The translations under genes and the position numbers were made by a program. The notes below the pieces were generated by a model. It saw nothing but the letters and a program-made list of their open reading frames with translations. It ran no database searches and was not told the DNA's origin. DNA of 64,000 nt from Perkinsus olseni. Taxonomy: Eukaryota. Location: contig JABANN010000061.1 in NCBI GenBank assembly GCA_013115125.1, positions 1 through 64,000 on the forward strand, written 5' to 3'. Below, in pieces: positions 49,279 to 62,400 of this stretch (its first letter is position 1; each line of letters opens with the position of its first letter).

Positions 49279-50682
49279 ATGGAAGTATCTGATACTCCCT
49301 CTTTCTGTCAGGGTCTGACCGGTTGGTTCACCTCCCTCGATCTGAGCCAACTCTCCGTCCCAGCCGTCTGCGCCATTGGGACCGTCATTGGCCTTTTGCA
49401 CGCCCTCTCCGGCCCCGACCACCTAGCAGGTGATACTATCACTAGTCCTCAGATCTTCCATGCCTGCAGAACGATTCGTAACCCGCGACACTACCATCCC
49501 TGCTGCTCCGATACTGCGGTCAGCCGGTCTTGCTTCAGCTCTCATCCCCCTATCGGTCAGTCTGCCCAAGCTGAAGTCGTTCGAAATAGGGATAGCCTGG
49601 GGAGCTGGTCATGGTATAGGGGTTGGGGTGAGTTGTCCGCTCATCGAGTATTCAGGAGCTCTCGGATTCCATCATCAGGTGCTTGCCGTAGTTGTATTTG
49701 CGATAAAGGACTTCACTAAGGTACGGCGCTGTGGCTATGTTGTTAGCTAGAGGTGCATCAGTTCTACTCAGATCGAGTTCCTTGATAAATACATGGACCT
49801 CGCAGTTGGCATCACGATCATTATCATTGGCGGGTAAGCCGACTCGGGGCTCTTGTTCCGGAGGGGGGGTTATTAACGCTGGTCCGGAGTTGTGCCCCTC
49901 TCTGTCCATCGGTGGAGATTTTCGTGTTTCAGTGTTGCCATCTACGAGGCCAAATCCTTCAGCAAGCTTCATCATCACCACCATTCAATTGAGTGTTCTC
50001 ACACCTGTGAGCACCCGGACACAGTCCTTGGTTCCATGCACTTGCCGAAAGAGCCTCAAGAGACGGAGTCTTTGTGTATAGAGGACGGCACGGAATGTGG
50101 TAAGCCTCGAGTTGACCTACCGGGCTTCCCAGAGAGATGGTTCAGACACTCGAAGTACCTCGTCTGGGGAGCCCTGCTGTGCTGCATCTCAAGCGTTAGC
50201 TGATGCAGCTGCGAGTAACACTGGGCAAGCGAGCTTAATATGGCTCACTCTCACCACTGGCGTCATCCATGGTCTTAGCGGGTAGGTCTCAAATACTATG
50301 ACTTTTGTCGTAACTTGGCCGTCCTTCAGGTGCGGCCACATTTTCGGTATCCTTCCTGCCCTCTCACTGCATAGGTGGCAGCTCTTTTGCGGCTACATTG
50401 TAACTTTCTGTATTGGTTGCTGTATTGGAATGGGTGAGTGACTGATCTCTTTGCCGGAAAAGTGCCGTAAGCTGCTTGAGCAGGTGCTTTCTGCGTTGTC
50501 ATATCAGCAGCTTCTAAATCATTGGTGCAGAGATTTCAGCGGCCTGAGCTTCCCAGTGATCTAGCATTTTGGTGAGTGTAGATAAGCTGTGATGTACCGA
50601 GATCGACCACCTCAGGTGCGGTGTACTCGCCGTAATTTTTGGTATCGTCTGGGTGATAGCCGTGCTGGTTTGGCATAGCTAG
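49279..50682 (+). CDS. UreH/HupE/NiCoT-like nickel/cobalt transporter; multi-exon
   Basis: GLLHALSGPDHLA|ALIPL, GIAWGAGHG, His-rich loop KLHHHHHSIECSHTCEH, GVIHGLSG; multiple TMs. Confidence 0.82.
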
Positions 50683-50759
50683 TTTAATGCTGTTCTTGAG
50701 CGATGTTTGCCACATTGGCGTACCATGAACGGCCCTGAACACAGCTCTGTTGAGTTCAT

Positions 50760-52213
50760 CTGTCGTCGCTATAGTGACCTTCGCATGTGCAGTAGTGGTT
50801 AGATTCGTGGAGACGGTCTGAGACTCAGCGTGATGTCAGACGAAACACATGCAGCGAAAGACCCTCTTCCCTTCCACCTAATGTGAATAGCTCATGACGG
50901 TTTCCCTTGAACTTTCGACTGTAGCAGTCCTGACCCGCGCAGGGTAGTTCTACGAATGACAACAAACGAAATGTTTGACTTCATATTGTAAAATTCCAGC
51001 CTAATTATAAAATTCGTAATCAGGCTGGAGTTGCACGCATATACTTCATGCCTGCTATCCCCGTGACGCGTAGCGTACGACGCGTTCCAGCGCTGATGCT
51101 GATCAGAGCTAGGTATGCTGCCTGGGCATACCACATTACGAAGAGCGCTATAGTCGTCTGTCTGTGGATAGTTGTGGTAGTGTTCTGCGATGGCCTCTTA
51201 GAGTTTCGGCAGTTCACGCCACTCCGTAGCTTGGATCCCCTCTGGTCGTGATGCCATCGGTTTATGGCTATGGCGAATCCTAGCTTGAGCAAAAAGCTCA
51301 GTGACTATCAACATCAAGTTTATCCAATTCTCATGAGACCCTCCTGTTGCTTCTCCGTTGTTGCTCATAGTCAACGCAAGGCGAGAAGGAGTATAAAGGC
51401 TTCTATCTGGATCTATTCGGGGGGCGGGAGTATTAGCTATGCACGCATGCACAAGATGATCGGCGCGCAATGAGTAACACCCTCCTCTGTTATCGCGGTC
51501 CTGATTCTCAACACCAGTGTTGATGGTACCGTACTGAGCGGCGGATCCCGAGATGGTACGAAGGAACTCAACCCCAGCAAAGTCCAGGCCCAGAATGGCT
51601 GGTCGAGCGATGCTTCCACAGGCAGTACCCAATACCATGTATCCGACATGTATGCCGCACGAGGCCCAGTTGGTTATGGCAGGGAGGCTCTTTCAAGGGC
51701 GTGTACAAACTGTCTTGCTTGTTGGGCCACAGGAGCTTTCCTATTCAACTTCGGCTGTTGGATCGATCTGCTTATATGCGGTGCGGAGATAGGTGTCACC
51801 ACCTGCAAGTGCTGCTTGCCCACTGCGTGAATCGCTAAATGCAGCGGTGATGATAGGAAACACAGATTATATTCCACATCTTTGGCCTACTAACGTATTG
51901 CCTCCAGCGGTCTGAACGAACGTTGCGTTCGAAGAAGACCGTGCTGTGATGTCTCTGCCCTGAGTATTGTACAGTGTAACTTCGCATTGCTATGCTTCTA
52001 TAGGTCGCCAAGTTGATCTATTCCACCATAGCTATTTTGTTGCGGTATACGCAAGTACAAATCTGCCTCTCGGCTTACTCTGTGCTGTTGTGTTAAGCAC
52101 AGTACCAAGGGCATCTGCAACAGACCGAACAGCAGCTGCTCCGGCAGAAGTGAGGGAGGGGATTTAGTCGGGTATCCAGTCACATGCTCATGGGAAGAAC
52201 CAATGGGGTCCAT
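50760..52213 (-). CDS. Hypothetical protein (exon structure and 3' end uncertain)
   Basis: ATG 52213 MDPIGSSHEH..., several GT/AG-bounded frames including a TM-like TTIALFVMWYAQAAYLALI. Confidence 0.3.
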
Positions 52214-52373
52214 CTCATTTCAATCGTAAGGTGACGATGTCCCCGCCCGGTGGTTCATTGCTATTTCGCCCACGCCTGTTAGCTCCGGCGGGAGGTGGTG
52301 TCCTTTCCAGGCAGACTGAACAACGCAACTCTTCGTGGTGATATATACGACAACATGTCCATTATGCGAGTCA

Positions 52374-55300
52374 CTAATTTCTCTGCACGAACTTGTGCTG
52401 GTTGGACGGCCACAACTCCTTCAGCTTTCTTATGAGCCACACAGCATTGTCGAAGGCCTGCAAATGCTCGGCCTTCAGTTTCGGCAAATGCCGCAGCAGG
52501 GCCACACCATTCTTCATGTGCGTGTCGGCTTCTACCACCTATAGAGCGCACCAAGACTAACCGTCACTCGGCAGTAGGCGACCTCACCTGCTTCTGCGCA
52601 GCGGCTGCCACTGCCCTGTTCGCGAATGCTGTTGCCAGTAAGGAGCTCGCCTTCGAAGTCTCCGAGCTTGCTGTCATCTCCTGTATCTGGACAGCCGTAC
52701 CGTCGTATACCAGGCACTGACTGCGATGCTGTAGCGTACCGCTCTGGAGCAGAAGTACTCTGCTTCATGGTGGTGGCCTTGGCGATAGAGTACACAGGAG
52801 TATCGGAGGCAGCATTTGGCGTACCGACAGACGTGACCCATCCGTTGGTACCGAGATGATGCTTGCTGAAAGAAGTATCTGCGGCAGAGCAATCCAAGGC
52901 GGGCCGAGTCCCAGCCACCCACTCTGCCCGGTCTCCGAGCAGCTTTGGATCTGCCTCCGCCGCAGCGTAGGCCACACCAAGGGCGGTGTCGAAGAGGTAT
53001 CTGGCATCATGTCTGCCAAGTGTCATCGTCATAGCATGCCCTACGCCTCCACGACACTCCTGTGTGCTGCGTGCAGCTCCCGAAGGGCCGTGGGCATCTT
53101 CTCAACCACCTGCTGGGCCAGACTTGCTGCCTTGTCTGAAGAGGAGGAGGACGCTGCCTGCTGTCGGCTGCTGAGAGATGCGCCCCTCACCCAGTTGTCC
53201 GTTCTTGACGCATATTCCGATGAAGCCCGCAACGACTTGCATGACGGTTTCGATCATGAAGGGCCTGTTGGGGCTCAGCGTGGCCGGATTGAGGACGTTC
53301 AGGTTGCCGATGCTGGTGTCCTCGAGCAGCATGATGCATGCTAAGTAGTTGCCCTGCTGCTCCTGGTTAACAAAGTGTGTGGCCATGTCAGGGGTCTTCA
53401 AGGTTTGCAGCAGCTTAGTGCGGCACACACGGAACCTCACAGGCTTGATGCCCAGCCAGATCGGTTGCAGCTTCCTCAGACAGAACTCAATCGTCACCTA
53501 ACGATCACGATCATAGCAGGAGCATTCACCACCCTCGCCTGGGATACACAAAAACCCACCCCAGGATTGCCACGAGGACCTGTCGTTGGGCCGCCAATCT
53601 CTTGGAGGAGGACCTCCTCAGGATCGAGCCGCCTCGGGCTGTCCGGCCCTCCTGTACTTATCGAAAGCACATTGGGGTCGATGTCCTTGAATTGTGAGTC
53701 GTCTCCGTCCATGTCGACTAGGTATCTACGGCCGGTCCGAAGTAAGCATATCAGATTATCATCAAACCTTCCCACTTCCGCATGTACTCCTTATCGGCCA
53801 CTTCCTCGTCGGGCAGTCCCGCAGCAGCTGCAGCGGTCACATCATCCACAGACGACTGCGACTGTGCCTTGGACGTCGCCGATCTGCTCAATGCCTTCTT
53901 CTTGCGGCCACCTGCGGTGACTTCCCTCTGAGCCATCAGCGTCGAGTCGCCCTACCACGAGTACTGGACGACTCTTCAGCCACCGGGCGTGAGAGGAAGG
54001 CCTCCTCTCCCTTCCTCGACGCGATTCTGCCAAGCTTTGCCCCCTTCTTCGTACCTACCACCCGCCTGCTGATGAGCGCAGACTGCACGACCATTCGAAA
54101 CCTACTTGGGCTGCCACGTACGGCCGCGTCTTTGCCTTGTGAATGCGTCAGTTGCCGCTGTTTCAACTGCGCGGCGATGTTCTCGACCATAGGCCTCAGA
54201 TTAGGGTTCCGTTGGAGCAGCGAGGCGAATCGCTCCATCACTGAGCGGCGAGTTCTTCCTCACAACCCCACTGCGTCGTCGCCGTAGCCCACCTCTCTCG
54301 TAGCTCCAAGTGAGCCACTGCCACACCCGAAGCATCTCCCCTGCCAGCCACATATTGTAGACATAGAGGAAGTACAGGTTAGCACAGGCCGCATGATCGG
54401 CCTGGATGATATCCGGTGCGGACGAAGCCCCACTGGGTCGGACAGCGGCGGGCCCTGATGAGCGACCAGGACGATCAGTGCCACTCTCATGTCTACTGCT
54501 CCGCGACTTGGATTGGACCTTGCCTCCCAAGTACGGTGAGACCTGCCAAGATGCCACGAGGCTTGCAGAACAGGCGGTGGCTCGTCTGGCCGACCGTTGG
54601 CTTGAAGGCTTCCACCGCCTTCTCGTCATCGAAGGCCTTGCTACGGTCCCTGCTGCGCCCCTCGCTGGTGTGTGCGGTTCGACCACTGCGAGCTGTCTCC
54701 GGACCTGAGGGAGTCTCCCTACGTCTGAATACTCCAGCTTGAGGCTGATCACCTAGACTGTCGGCCTCGACCGTCCTCGCCGCTCTCTTCCTCTTGGAGG
54801 AAGGCCAGCTCGTTAGCTTGCTGAAGTATGCTAGAGCCCGAAGGGAGGGCATGTAGCGGTGGCGCATGACGTAACCTCGGTATGTGCTTTGGACCTGACC
54901 ATCTCCACTCCAAGACAGGCCCGATTGTGAAAGGTCCCTCTCACCCTTGACAAGAGCCCCAGCGTAACATTGGGCACTCGGGCGGCGTAGGACGTGAAGG
55001 CTTGCGACGGCTTAGCATAGGACTCCGCTATCCAGTGGTACCCTCTCGAATGGTATCCATTGGGCAGTCCTCCTCCTGGCAAGGCAAGTAGTGAGAGGGC
55101 TACGGAGGTTGCGAGCCTCACCTGAGGAAGCCCGAGCTGGGTCCCCGAAGTGGAGCCCCGGCGGCGGTAGGCAGTGCTGCCCAGACCCTAGCGTGACGTT
55201 ATTCACATAACGTTGGGTTGGCGTTGACAGCATCTGAGGGGAACCCTCTAAGAGATAGTTTCCCGGAAGGAGGGCATGGTACCGGTTCGATGCCTTTCCA

Positions 55301-55967
55301 CACCGCCACCAGTAGGTGACCCCCAACACAGGCACCGTGCAGTAGAGGAGACGCTGACGAGCTGCATACCTGCCGTCACGACAATTCTACTATACTCAGC
55401 GATCTGCTATTCATTACGATATCAAGCAGTTTGGTGGTAACTCCCATGACTCCCCGGAGCTCCCCGTCATCGGACCAGATGAAGCTGCTGTCCTGATGTT
55501 GTGCCTGGCCGGAGACAGCATCACCTCCTCCCCTCCCGAAAGCCTGCCCGACCTCGGCCTTCCCCTTCCTGCCTCGTGATGCATGGGCAGCTGACACCGC
55601 CTCCAGCTGAGCCTTGGCTTTGCGTCTATTGACCCTGGCAAGAGGCGAGGCATCAGACAGTGACGCTGTGCACTGCTCGAATACATCTCGAGGGCCTCAG
55701 TGCTCTGGTCTATGCATTCCTGCAACCAGTCGATGGCGAAGCGCAGTGCGATCGAATCAGTGACGAAGTCGTCCAACCGGGCAGCCTTCTGCTTGGAGAA
55801 GCCGCCGCCGCTGCCTGAACGCCCACCGCTGGTGATCACCCAAGGGAAGGACAGGGCATACCACTAGTGGTCTGGAAGAGGTGCTCATGGGACGCTACAG
55901 CGTCGCGAGACGGTCTCTGGCCGGGGTCCAAGCCGAGGTGGCCTCTGTCCAGGACACCATCATACAT
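52374..55967 (-). CDS. Large hypothetical protein with IQ motif and C-terminal TPR-like helices; multi-exon
   Basis: Spliced LSR|VQSTYRGYVMRHRY (IQ); C-terminal YAKCCLRYSCVLYRQGHHHEAEY; ends KFVQRN*. Confidence 0.55.
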
Positions 55968-56119
55968 CGCACGGTCGACCACCGCCCAGTGCGGTCGATG
56001 CTTTAACCCCCGGTATCTGATTTGTAACAAGATACTCGCACAAGGGCGGCCCCGTATTTCTTCTGGTCAGTGGCGACTCCCGGTGAGCGAAACTCCACTG
56101 CTGTTTATTGCAAGGTACA

Positions 56120-56366
56120 TCATCAGCTATAGATCCTCTAACTACGGCCCAGTCTCCGGAGTGACTGAGGATTCCTTTTGCACCCTACCACCGACCGACG
56201 CCCAACAGAACGCTGGGGGAGTGAGAAACGCCTGGTTTCAGTGCCTCGAGCGCCGCAGAATGAAGGGGCGCATCATCGTCAAGTTCACAGTAGGACGCCC
56301 AGTGATTCCCAACCCGAGCAAGGGTCCGGACAGCTAACTAGCTCTAACGAGGATGTTCAGCTGAAT
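56120..56366. ncRNA. Candidate structured non-coding RNA (unassigned)
   Basis: Five nested inverted repeats in an intergenic gap adjacent to the tRNA-like element. Confidence 0.3.
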
Positions 56367-56372
56367 CGTTAT

Positions 56373-56448
56373 GGTCGGCTCGCCCTAGGTGAATTAGAGC
56401 AGCGTTTTTTGCACGCGAAGGTCGCAGGTTCGAGCCCTGCGTCGACCA
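56373..56448 (+). pseudogene. tRNA-like element (tRNA-Ile-like body, degenerate anticodon arm)
   Basis: Acceptor GGTCGGC/GTCGACC + A73, T arm GCAGG-TTCGAGC-CCTGC, variable AGGTC, D stem GCCC/GAGC with one mismatch; anticodon arm contains TTTTTT. Confidence 0.7.
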
Positions 56449-56458
56449 TCACCCGAAC

Positions 56459-59400
56459 TTACTTCCCGCCACCTGCAACCCTCGTAGTGAACTGATCGTT
56501 GGTACTCCGCCATACTGCTGATAAGGTCGCTTTACATGCGACCATCGCTGCCTCGCAGGCGGACATGAAGAGGACGATGGCTTGGTCGCTGTGATGGTGA
56601 TTGCACACGATGGAGGTGAATATGCTCCCTGAAAAGAAGTCGAGAAAGTAACCTGCGGTTGAGAAAGCCATGCCGCCTCACTCCAAAGGGTTGCTGCATT
56701 CTTAGTAGCCTTCTTCCAAGGGTCCACCGGCACTCCGTGCAAGGTTGACTTGACCTCAGAGTCTGCCGTCAACTTGCTGGACACGACCCGAGCTACGGCA
56801 GCTATGTGTTCTCCGAAGCCTAACCATGAGGAGGAGACCCGTACTCAATCCCTCGCAGTGAATTGTAGGCAACGAGTCATACTAATATACACACGCCAGC
56901 TTCGTTCTACTCAGTGACGATTCGGTCCGAGTAGCGCACTCCCGTAGAGGACCCGACCTACTGTTGGAGCCCGATAGTAGTGCTGCCGAGGGCTTGTGAA
57001 TGATAGGCATCCGTTGGCTCCACGGTGGCCTCGAATCGTCAGTCCGACACAAAAACCCGTACACGTAGGTCGTGGCATACAGGAAGACAACCTAGAAGGA
57101 GATAGCAGCCCTGCTGCAGGTGGGGACCATTAGGCATTGTCACTACCTCGCGATCTGCCTTTAGATCAGCCTGCATGATGCCACTGCAAACAGTCTTAGG
57201 CATCCACGGTATAGACGACTCGAAGTGGAGGCGTATCCATGCCGACCATTGCTCTGCTGACAGCGCGCTGGCAACCTAATCAGCAGCAGCAGCTATGGAC
57301 CTGTCCCTCCACCACCAATCTGCCGTACCGGAATGATATGCTCCCGAGCGGTATCGTCATCCCCGTCCATCTCGATAGCCTCGGCAGCACTACCCTTACC
57401 ACTGCTGCTGCTGCTGCCGTCCTTCAACTTCCGACTCGCCAGTGCCTTTTGTCCTCGCCTCACAGCAGAGTGGGCTCCTAAACAAAACCCTTACACCTTC
57501 CATCAGTCACTGCGGGAGCGGTGCCCACCTCCCTCACTAGCAGTCTGAGCCGCCACTCTCGGAAAAACAGCCGCCAAGTTCCTGTGTATCGATTCGCACA
57601 CAGTTTGAATCTGAGCGGAAGTCACAGGACCGTTGCCGGCTCAGCCTCCCTACCGCAGTCTTCTCCATAGCCATGCGAGGGCGTATCTGTTGCGCTCGGC
57701 GGCGTGCGAAGATCGGAGGCTCATAGCAGGACAGCCTCTGAGCCCTAGATTCTGTCTCCTGAACATCGACCGGATACCCACCCGTAACCCCGCTGGGCGC
57801 GCGCTACCTCCTTCGAGATGGCATGCAGCTTGTACTGCTCTAGTTTCATCATCTTCTGTCGGGCCTTCATCCGCTTCGTATCGACGACGTTATCACGGTG
57901 CTCCTCCACGGCATGCTTGTACTGGCATAGCGTGTACGACTTGCGGACCAGGTACCTGCGGGCAGATACCCGCAAGGACCGGGCAAGGGATGCGTACAGG
58001 TTGAAGGGGAAAGTCTCCTTGTTATTGCGCCTCTCCTGTGCTAGCTCGCGCAACACCGTCTTGTATCGGCGGACTATATCCGCCCCCTCCCCCTGGAGCG
58101 ATGCCCGCACCTGACCAGCAGCCGAAGTCGGGCGAGTCGCCGCCACGCAGAGGACCTCACCAAGTGACCGCGGAAGTGCTTCTGGATCAGCTTGGCTTTC
58201 TCCTTCAACTGCCGCATCCACCTCTGATGTATTTTCATCCGGAATATACTCTGCAGCCTAACAGACACTCAGGCTTCCCCTAGGGCTCGATCGCCTCCAA
58301 AAGTTCGTCAGCACCTCATAACAGCCCCGAACAGTGCTCGATTCCTCCGCTTAGTGACCATCGAACGATAATTGTGTTGTATCTGCTGCCCACTATGCAA
58401 GATGGTTCCTGTCAGTACCGCTATTACCGTGACTGCAGCAGTATTCTCTCTGACGAGCTGCAGTGACGCCTTGAGAGCTCGCCAGCACCTCTGCATCCTC
58501 AACACCGGCCCCTTGATCCTGTTGGTATAAGTGATGACCTTATAGTACCGGTACTGTGTCTGTATGACTATCGCTGCCCGGTGTCTGACCACCCTAGACA
58601 GCAGGGCCCTCAAAGTCAGGTGTAGCAGTACCACACCAAGCACAAATGGTGTATGCTCTTGGTACTCGTTCCTGCGGCTTAGGGCAAAGAGCTCTCTCAG
58701 CCGCTGCAGCTCTAGAGTCCGACTGGTTGTGGTTGTGGTGTCCACGGGTACGTTCCGGAGCATGACCCCAAGGCTCTGGACGCACCGAAGCACTTGGCGC
58801 CGAGTCAGGTAGGCAAAACTGCGAGCCTTCGTGCGTTCAACGACTTTGTCGACCAAGGGTGGTTCAATCTTTTTGACATGCCGAAGGAGCTCCTGCACCA
58901 CGACATGGGCGGTCTTCTTGCCGTAATTGATAGGCCAGTCGTCCGGGAGCCTATGCTCGATCTCACAGCCCATGAGATCGAATATCTGCTGTGCTGCCGT
59001 GGCGTCGACTCCTTGGAAGGACAGATTACCTGCAGGGAGAAAAACCTTATTTCCGCAGGGGAGCCGGAGGACGTCATGCGCAGTGGATGAGAGGATAAAG
59101 CTGTCTTACTGTCCATCTGCAGTCTGGGCTGGTCGAGGAACTCTCTCAAAGTGATGAGGGTCTCCGCGATGAGAGTGACGTTAAGGACCTTCTGAGGGAG
59201 CCCCTTCATAGTCAGCAGCCAGAAGTTCTCCTGCACTAAGCGCATCCTCTTGTCGTGGCTGTGCTGCAGCGATGCCATATCCCTCCACAACAGCATCATG
59301 GGTTCCTTCGCTCGGCAGGGTACGGTACAAGTACCACGTCCAGCAACGTCACTCAACTCTACCAGCTCTCGAGAGAAGGCGCCCTCCTCCATGTCCCGGT

Positions 59401-62400
59401 CGACGGCCACCGCGCAGTGACCCATGGCGTACGCGATCCAGCTAGTGATGTCCTTGAGCCGCTCGACCGTGAGCTGACCTCCGGCCATATTCAGCGTTTC
59501 CTTCGTGACGGTTAGGAGGATCTCTGCTGCCATGTCACTCGGCCGCGGCCGTCCCGTCTCAGACTTCCGATCGAAGACCTTCGTCTTGTCCTTGAAGCGC
59601 TCCTTCTTGCCGAAGAACATCTCCGAAGCCAACAGGTCACATGCCTCGATTGGCACATTAGCGATGGCTCTCTGTAGGTGGGCCTTGAGGTCCCTCAGCT
59701 GCATCGACACTGCAGGGGGCAGATGCCTCCACCACGGGTGGATGTAGTTATTGATACCCATGAGGGCTAGCATAACTTGCCCAACTACCGTATTAACCTG
59801 ACATCCGCCAGAAGAACAGAAGGTCAGACTGAGTCGCTGACTAACCTGCTTCTCTGTGGCAGCCCTGGTTCGACGCATCAACACGGTAAGGCGCTTGTCC
59901 AAATTCCTCCGTAGGTTCCTCTGCAGGAGTACCGCGGCCATGTTAGCCAACTTGCTCCTCATCAACTTCTTCCTCTCGGTTTCCATGGCTTCCAGCTCCT
60001 CGAAGAGCATAACCTTGACGTCGAGGCAGGCCTGCCATCTCCGCCAACACGATTGGATCCTCGTCGCTGCTGCAATCTGAAGCACAGAGCCAATCCAGGA
60101 CTACTGCCCCCGCCTGGTGCTGTTCTCAACGACTGTCTTGAACATAACCCCTGGGAACCCCGAAGGCCTACCTTCCGCTCTAGTCCGATGCGGTCCAGGA
60201 AGCCCTTGGCGAGAGCCTGGGCCCTTGTCACAGCCCGGAGTTGTCGCTGTAGTCTCGTCCGCACCAGTACGCCCCGTATGATGCCTTGTACTCTCGCCGC
60301 TGCTTCATGCATTTCCCTCACAGGTTTCCTACCGTACCAATACCCCCGAAGGACCCTTTGGATGTCGGTGGCCACTCTAGTAACATGAGCTAGAGCTTTC
60401 TGCGCGAGTTTCATCCGCCAATAGCTCTGCAGCTTGGCAGCCTTCCTGTGCTTGACCAGGAGGCGGCGTCTCTCCGTCATACCACGGAAGGTCGCCTGCA
60501 CTTTCGATATCCTCAGGTGGGCCAACTGATGGTCTGCTCGAGCTCGGAATTTCCGATACCAACTTCTCAGTATCATAGCATTGGACCCGTGCTTGCCGAA
60601 GAACCTCTGAGCATCCCACATGCGTTTACAGGAGGCAATCACAGTCACGGCTGCTGCCTGTCTCTGTAGACGCTTCCTCACCTGAGACGAAGAGGTGTCA
60701 CCACCGAGTGATGGTCCCCAACCCCCTACCAGGGCTCCCCGGACGAACTTCTGGATCCTAATCAAGGCCGTCTGCTCAGCAGACTTCTGATGGATGTAGG
60801 AAGGGTCATCCGTGATGACGTCATGGGCAAAGCTGTAGTAGAAGCCCTCAGCATCAGGAGCTAGACGTGGAGGGTTGAGGCGGGCCAAGTGCCAATGCTC
60901 GGCGGGGCACTGCTGCAGGGCCGCCTCGAACGCCTCTCGTGGGAAGAAGAGCCATTGGCATTGACAGGGACCCGTCTTGTCCGACTGGTTGTCCCGTGCC
61001 AGGAAGCGACGGCGATTGCAAAAGCCGACATTCACGAAGGGCAGGGCGTCAGCGAACATCGCCGCCTCCCCTTTAGTTAGGTATCTGACCATTATACTCG
61101 CAAAAGTAGCATAAAATCTAGACCTCACCGGCAGCCAGGAAGAGGATAGGCCCAATGGCTCTTCCGGCGCTTGTGCACGGCAGCGTAGCAGTCACAACAG
61201 AAGTTGTCCGTGCATTGTTGGCACCACACCACTGAGTCCAGGCCCCCACATTCACTGCACTTCACCTGATAAAAACACCACCACCCTGCCACAGCCTAGT
61301 GGCAGCGAGCATCGAGGCAACATCGTCAGTACCTTGAGGAAGCCACGATAGTCCCATAGGAAATCGTTGAGCATGCAGTCATTCAGGTGCTCCCGGAAAG
61401 ATGCCAACATAGGATGGCAGACCTGGCCTTGATCCGTAGCCAGAATCTCAGACTCGTCATTGCCGCGGCCAGAGACAGCTGACTCTGGACTGTCCAGCTT
61501 CAAGTAGTAGCGGACGTCGGAGCCTCTAACGATCACCTCCCAATTAGAAGGGAGGCAGTAGCGTAGTGCAAAATAGCAGTACCAATAGTAGTGGTAGTTG
61601 CCGTGGATGCCGAGTTGGAAGGCAAGGCTCTTTATCTGCTTCGGAGTGACCACCACATGGCCCTTGGTCCCATCAGGATTGCCTGTAGCCCTCAGGAGGA
61701 GGCGAAGGCCATTGAGACCAGTGAGGGACTGCTGCTTCTCCTCTACACCCAACACGTCAGGAGCCATGAACCGGCTGTCATTACTAGCTCTGCGCATGTC
61801 GTCAACATGCACGTACACCTGCAATGAGAAGGGGTGCACCACCGATAGTGCAGTAGCAGGTCCTTACCTCATCCTCATCCACCAGACCCGCCTCTAGCAG
61901 GTTCTGCATGCTCAGCTCGACCTTACCCCGCAAGAGGTCATCCTTGTCGCCGTCCAACGCCTTAGATACGTCATCATGATCACCACTGCCCTGCCGCTGT
62001 AGCTGCTTGATGAGGTCAGCGCTGCTCTCAAGGTCCGCCTGCAGCTCCGTGAAGGGCTGCAGCCAATCCGGCAGTCTGCCCAGAGCCATCGTGCTGAAGG
62101 TCTCTGGCGGGATCGTTCTGATCCTCAACCCGTATGAAAAGCGAACATCGTCGAACTCCTGATCGACATTGGCCGCCGGTTGCAGGAACCAGCCGTGGAA
62201 GGGGTCGTAGGGCTCGCCAGGGTTGCCCATGACCACATTATCAGCATCAGGGAAGCGCCAGGCGTCCGGATGGAACATCATAACATCCACGAACTCCAGG
62301 CGCATGTAGAAGAGGTGGGACTTCTTCCTCTGCATCTCGAACCACATGATGCCGTTCTGATCCCTGATGTGCTGCCGCATGAACTGCTCCCTAGTGGCGA

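Noticed and set aside
56041-56366. Firm call as RNase P, RNase MRP, SRP, U3 or telomerase RNA
   Set aside because: No convincing P4 pseudoknot, SRP helix-8 motif, U3 boxes or telomere template by eye; kept only as an unassigned candidate
56373-56448. Functional tRNA-Lys(TTT) or tRNA-Gln(TTG)
   Set aside because: Anticodon register is ambiguous, the body looks Ile-like and the internal T6 would terminate Pol III
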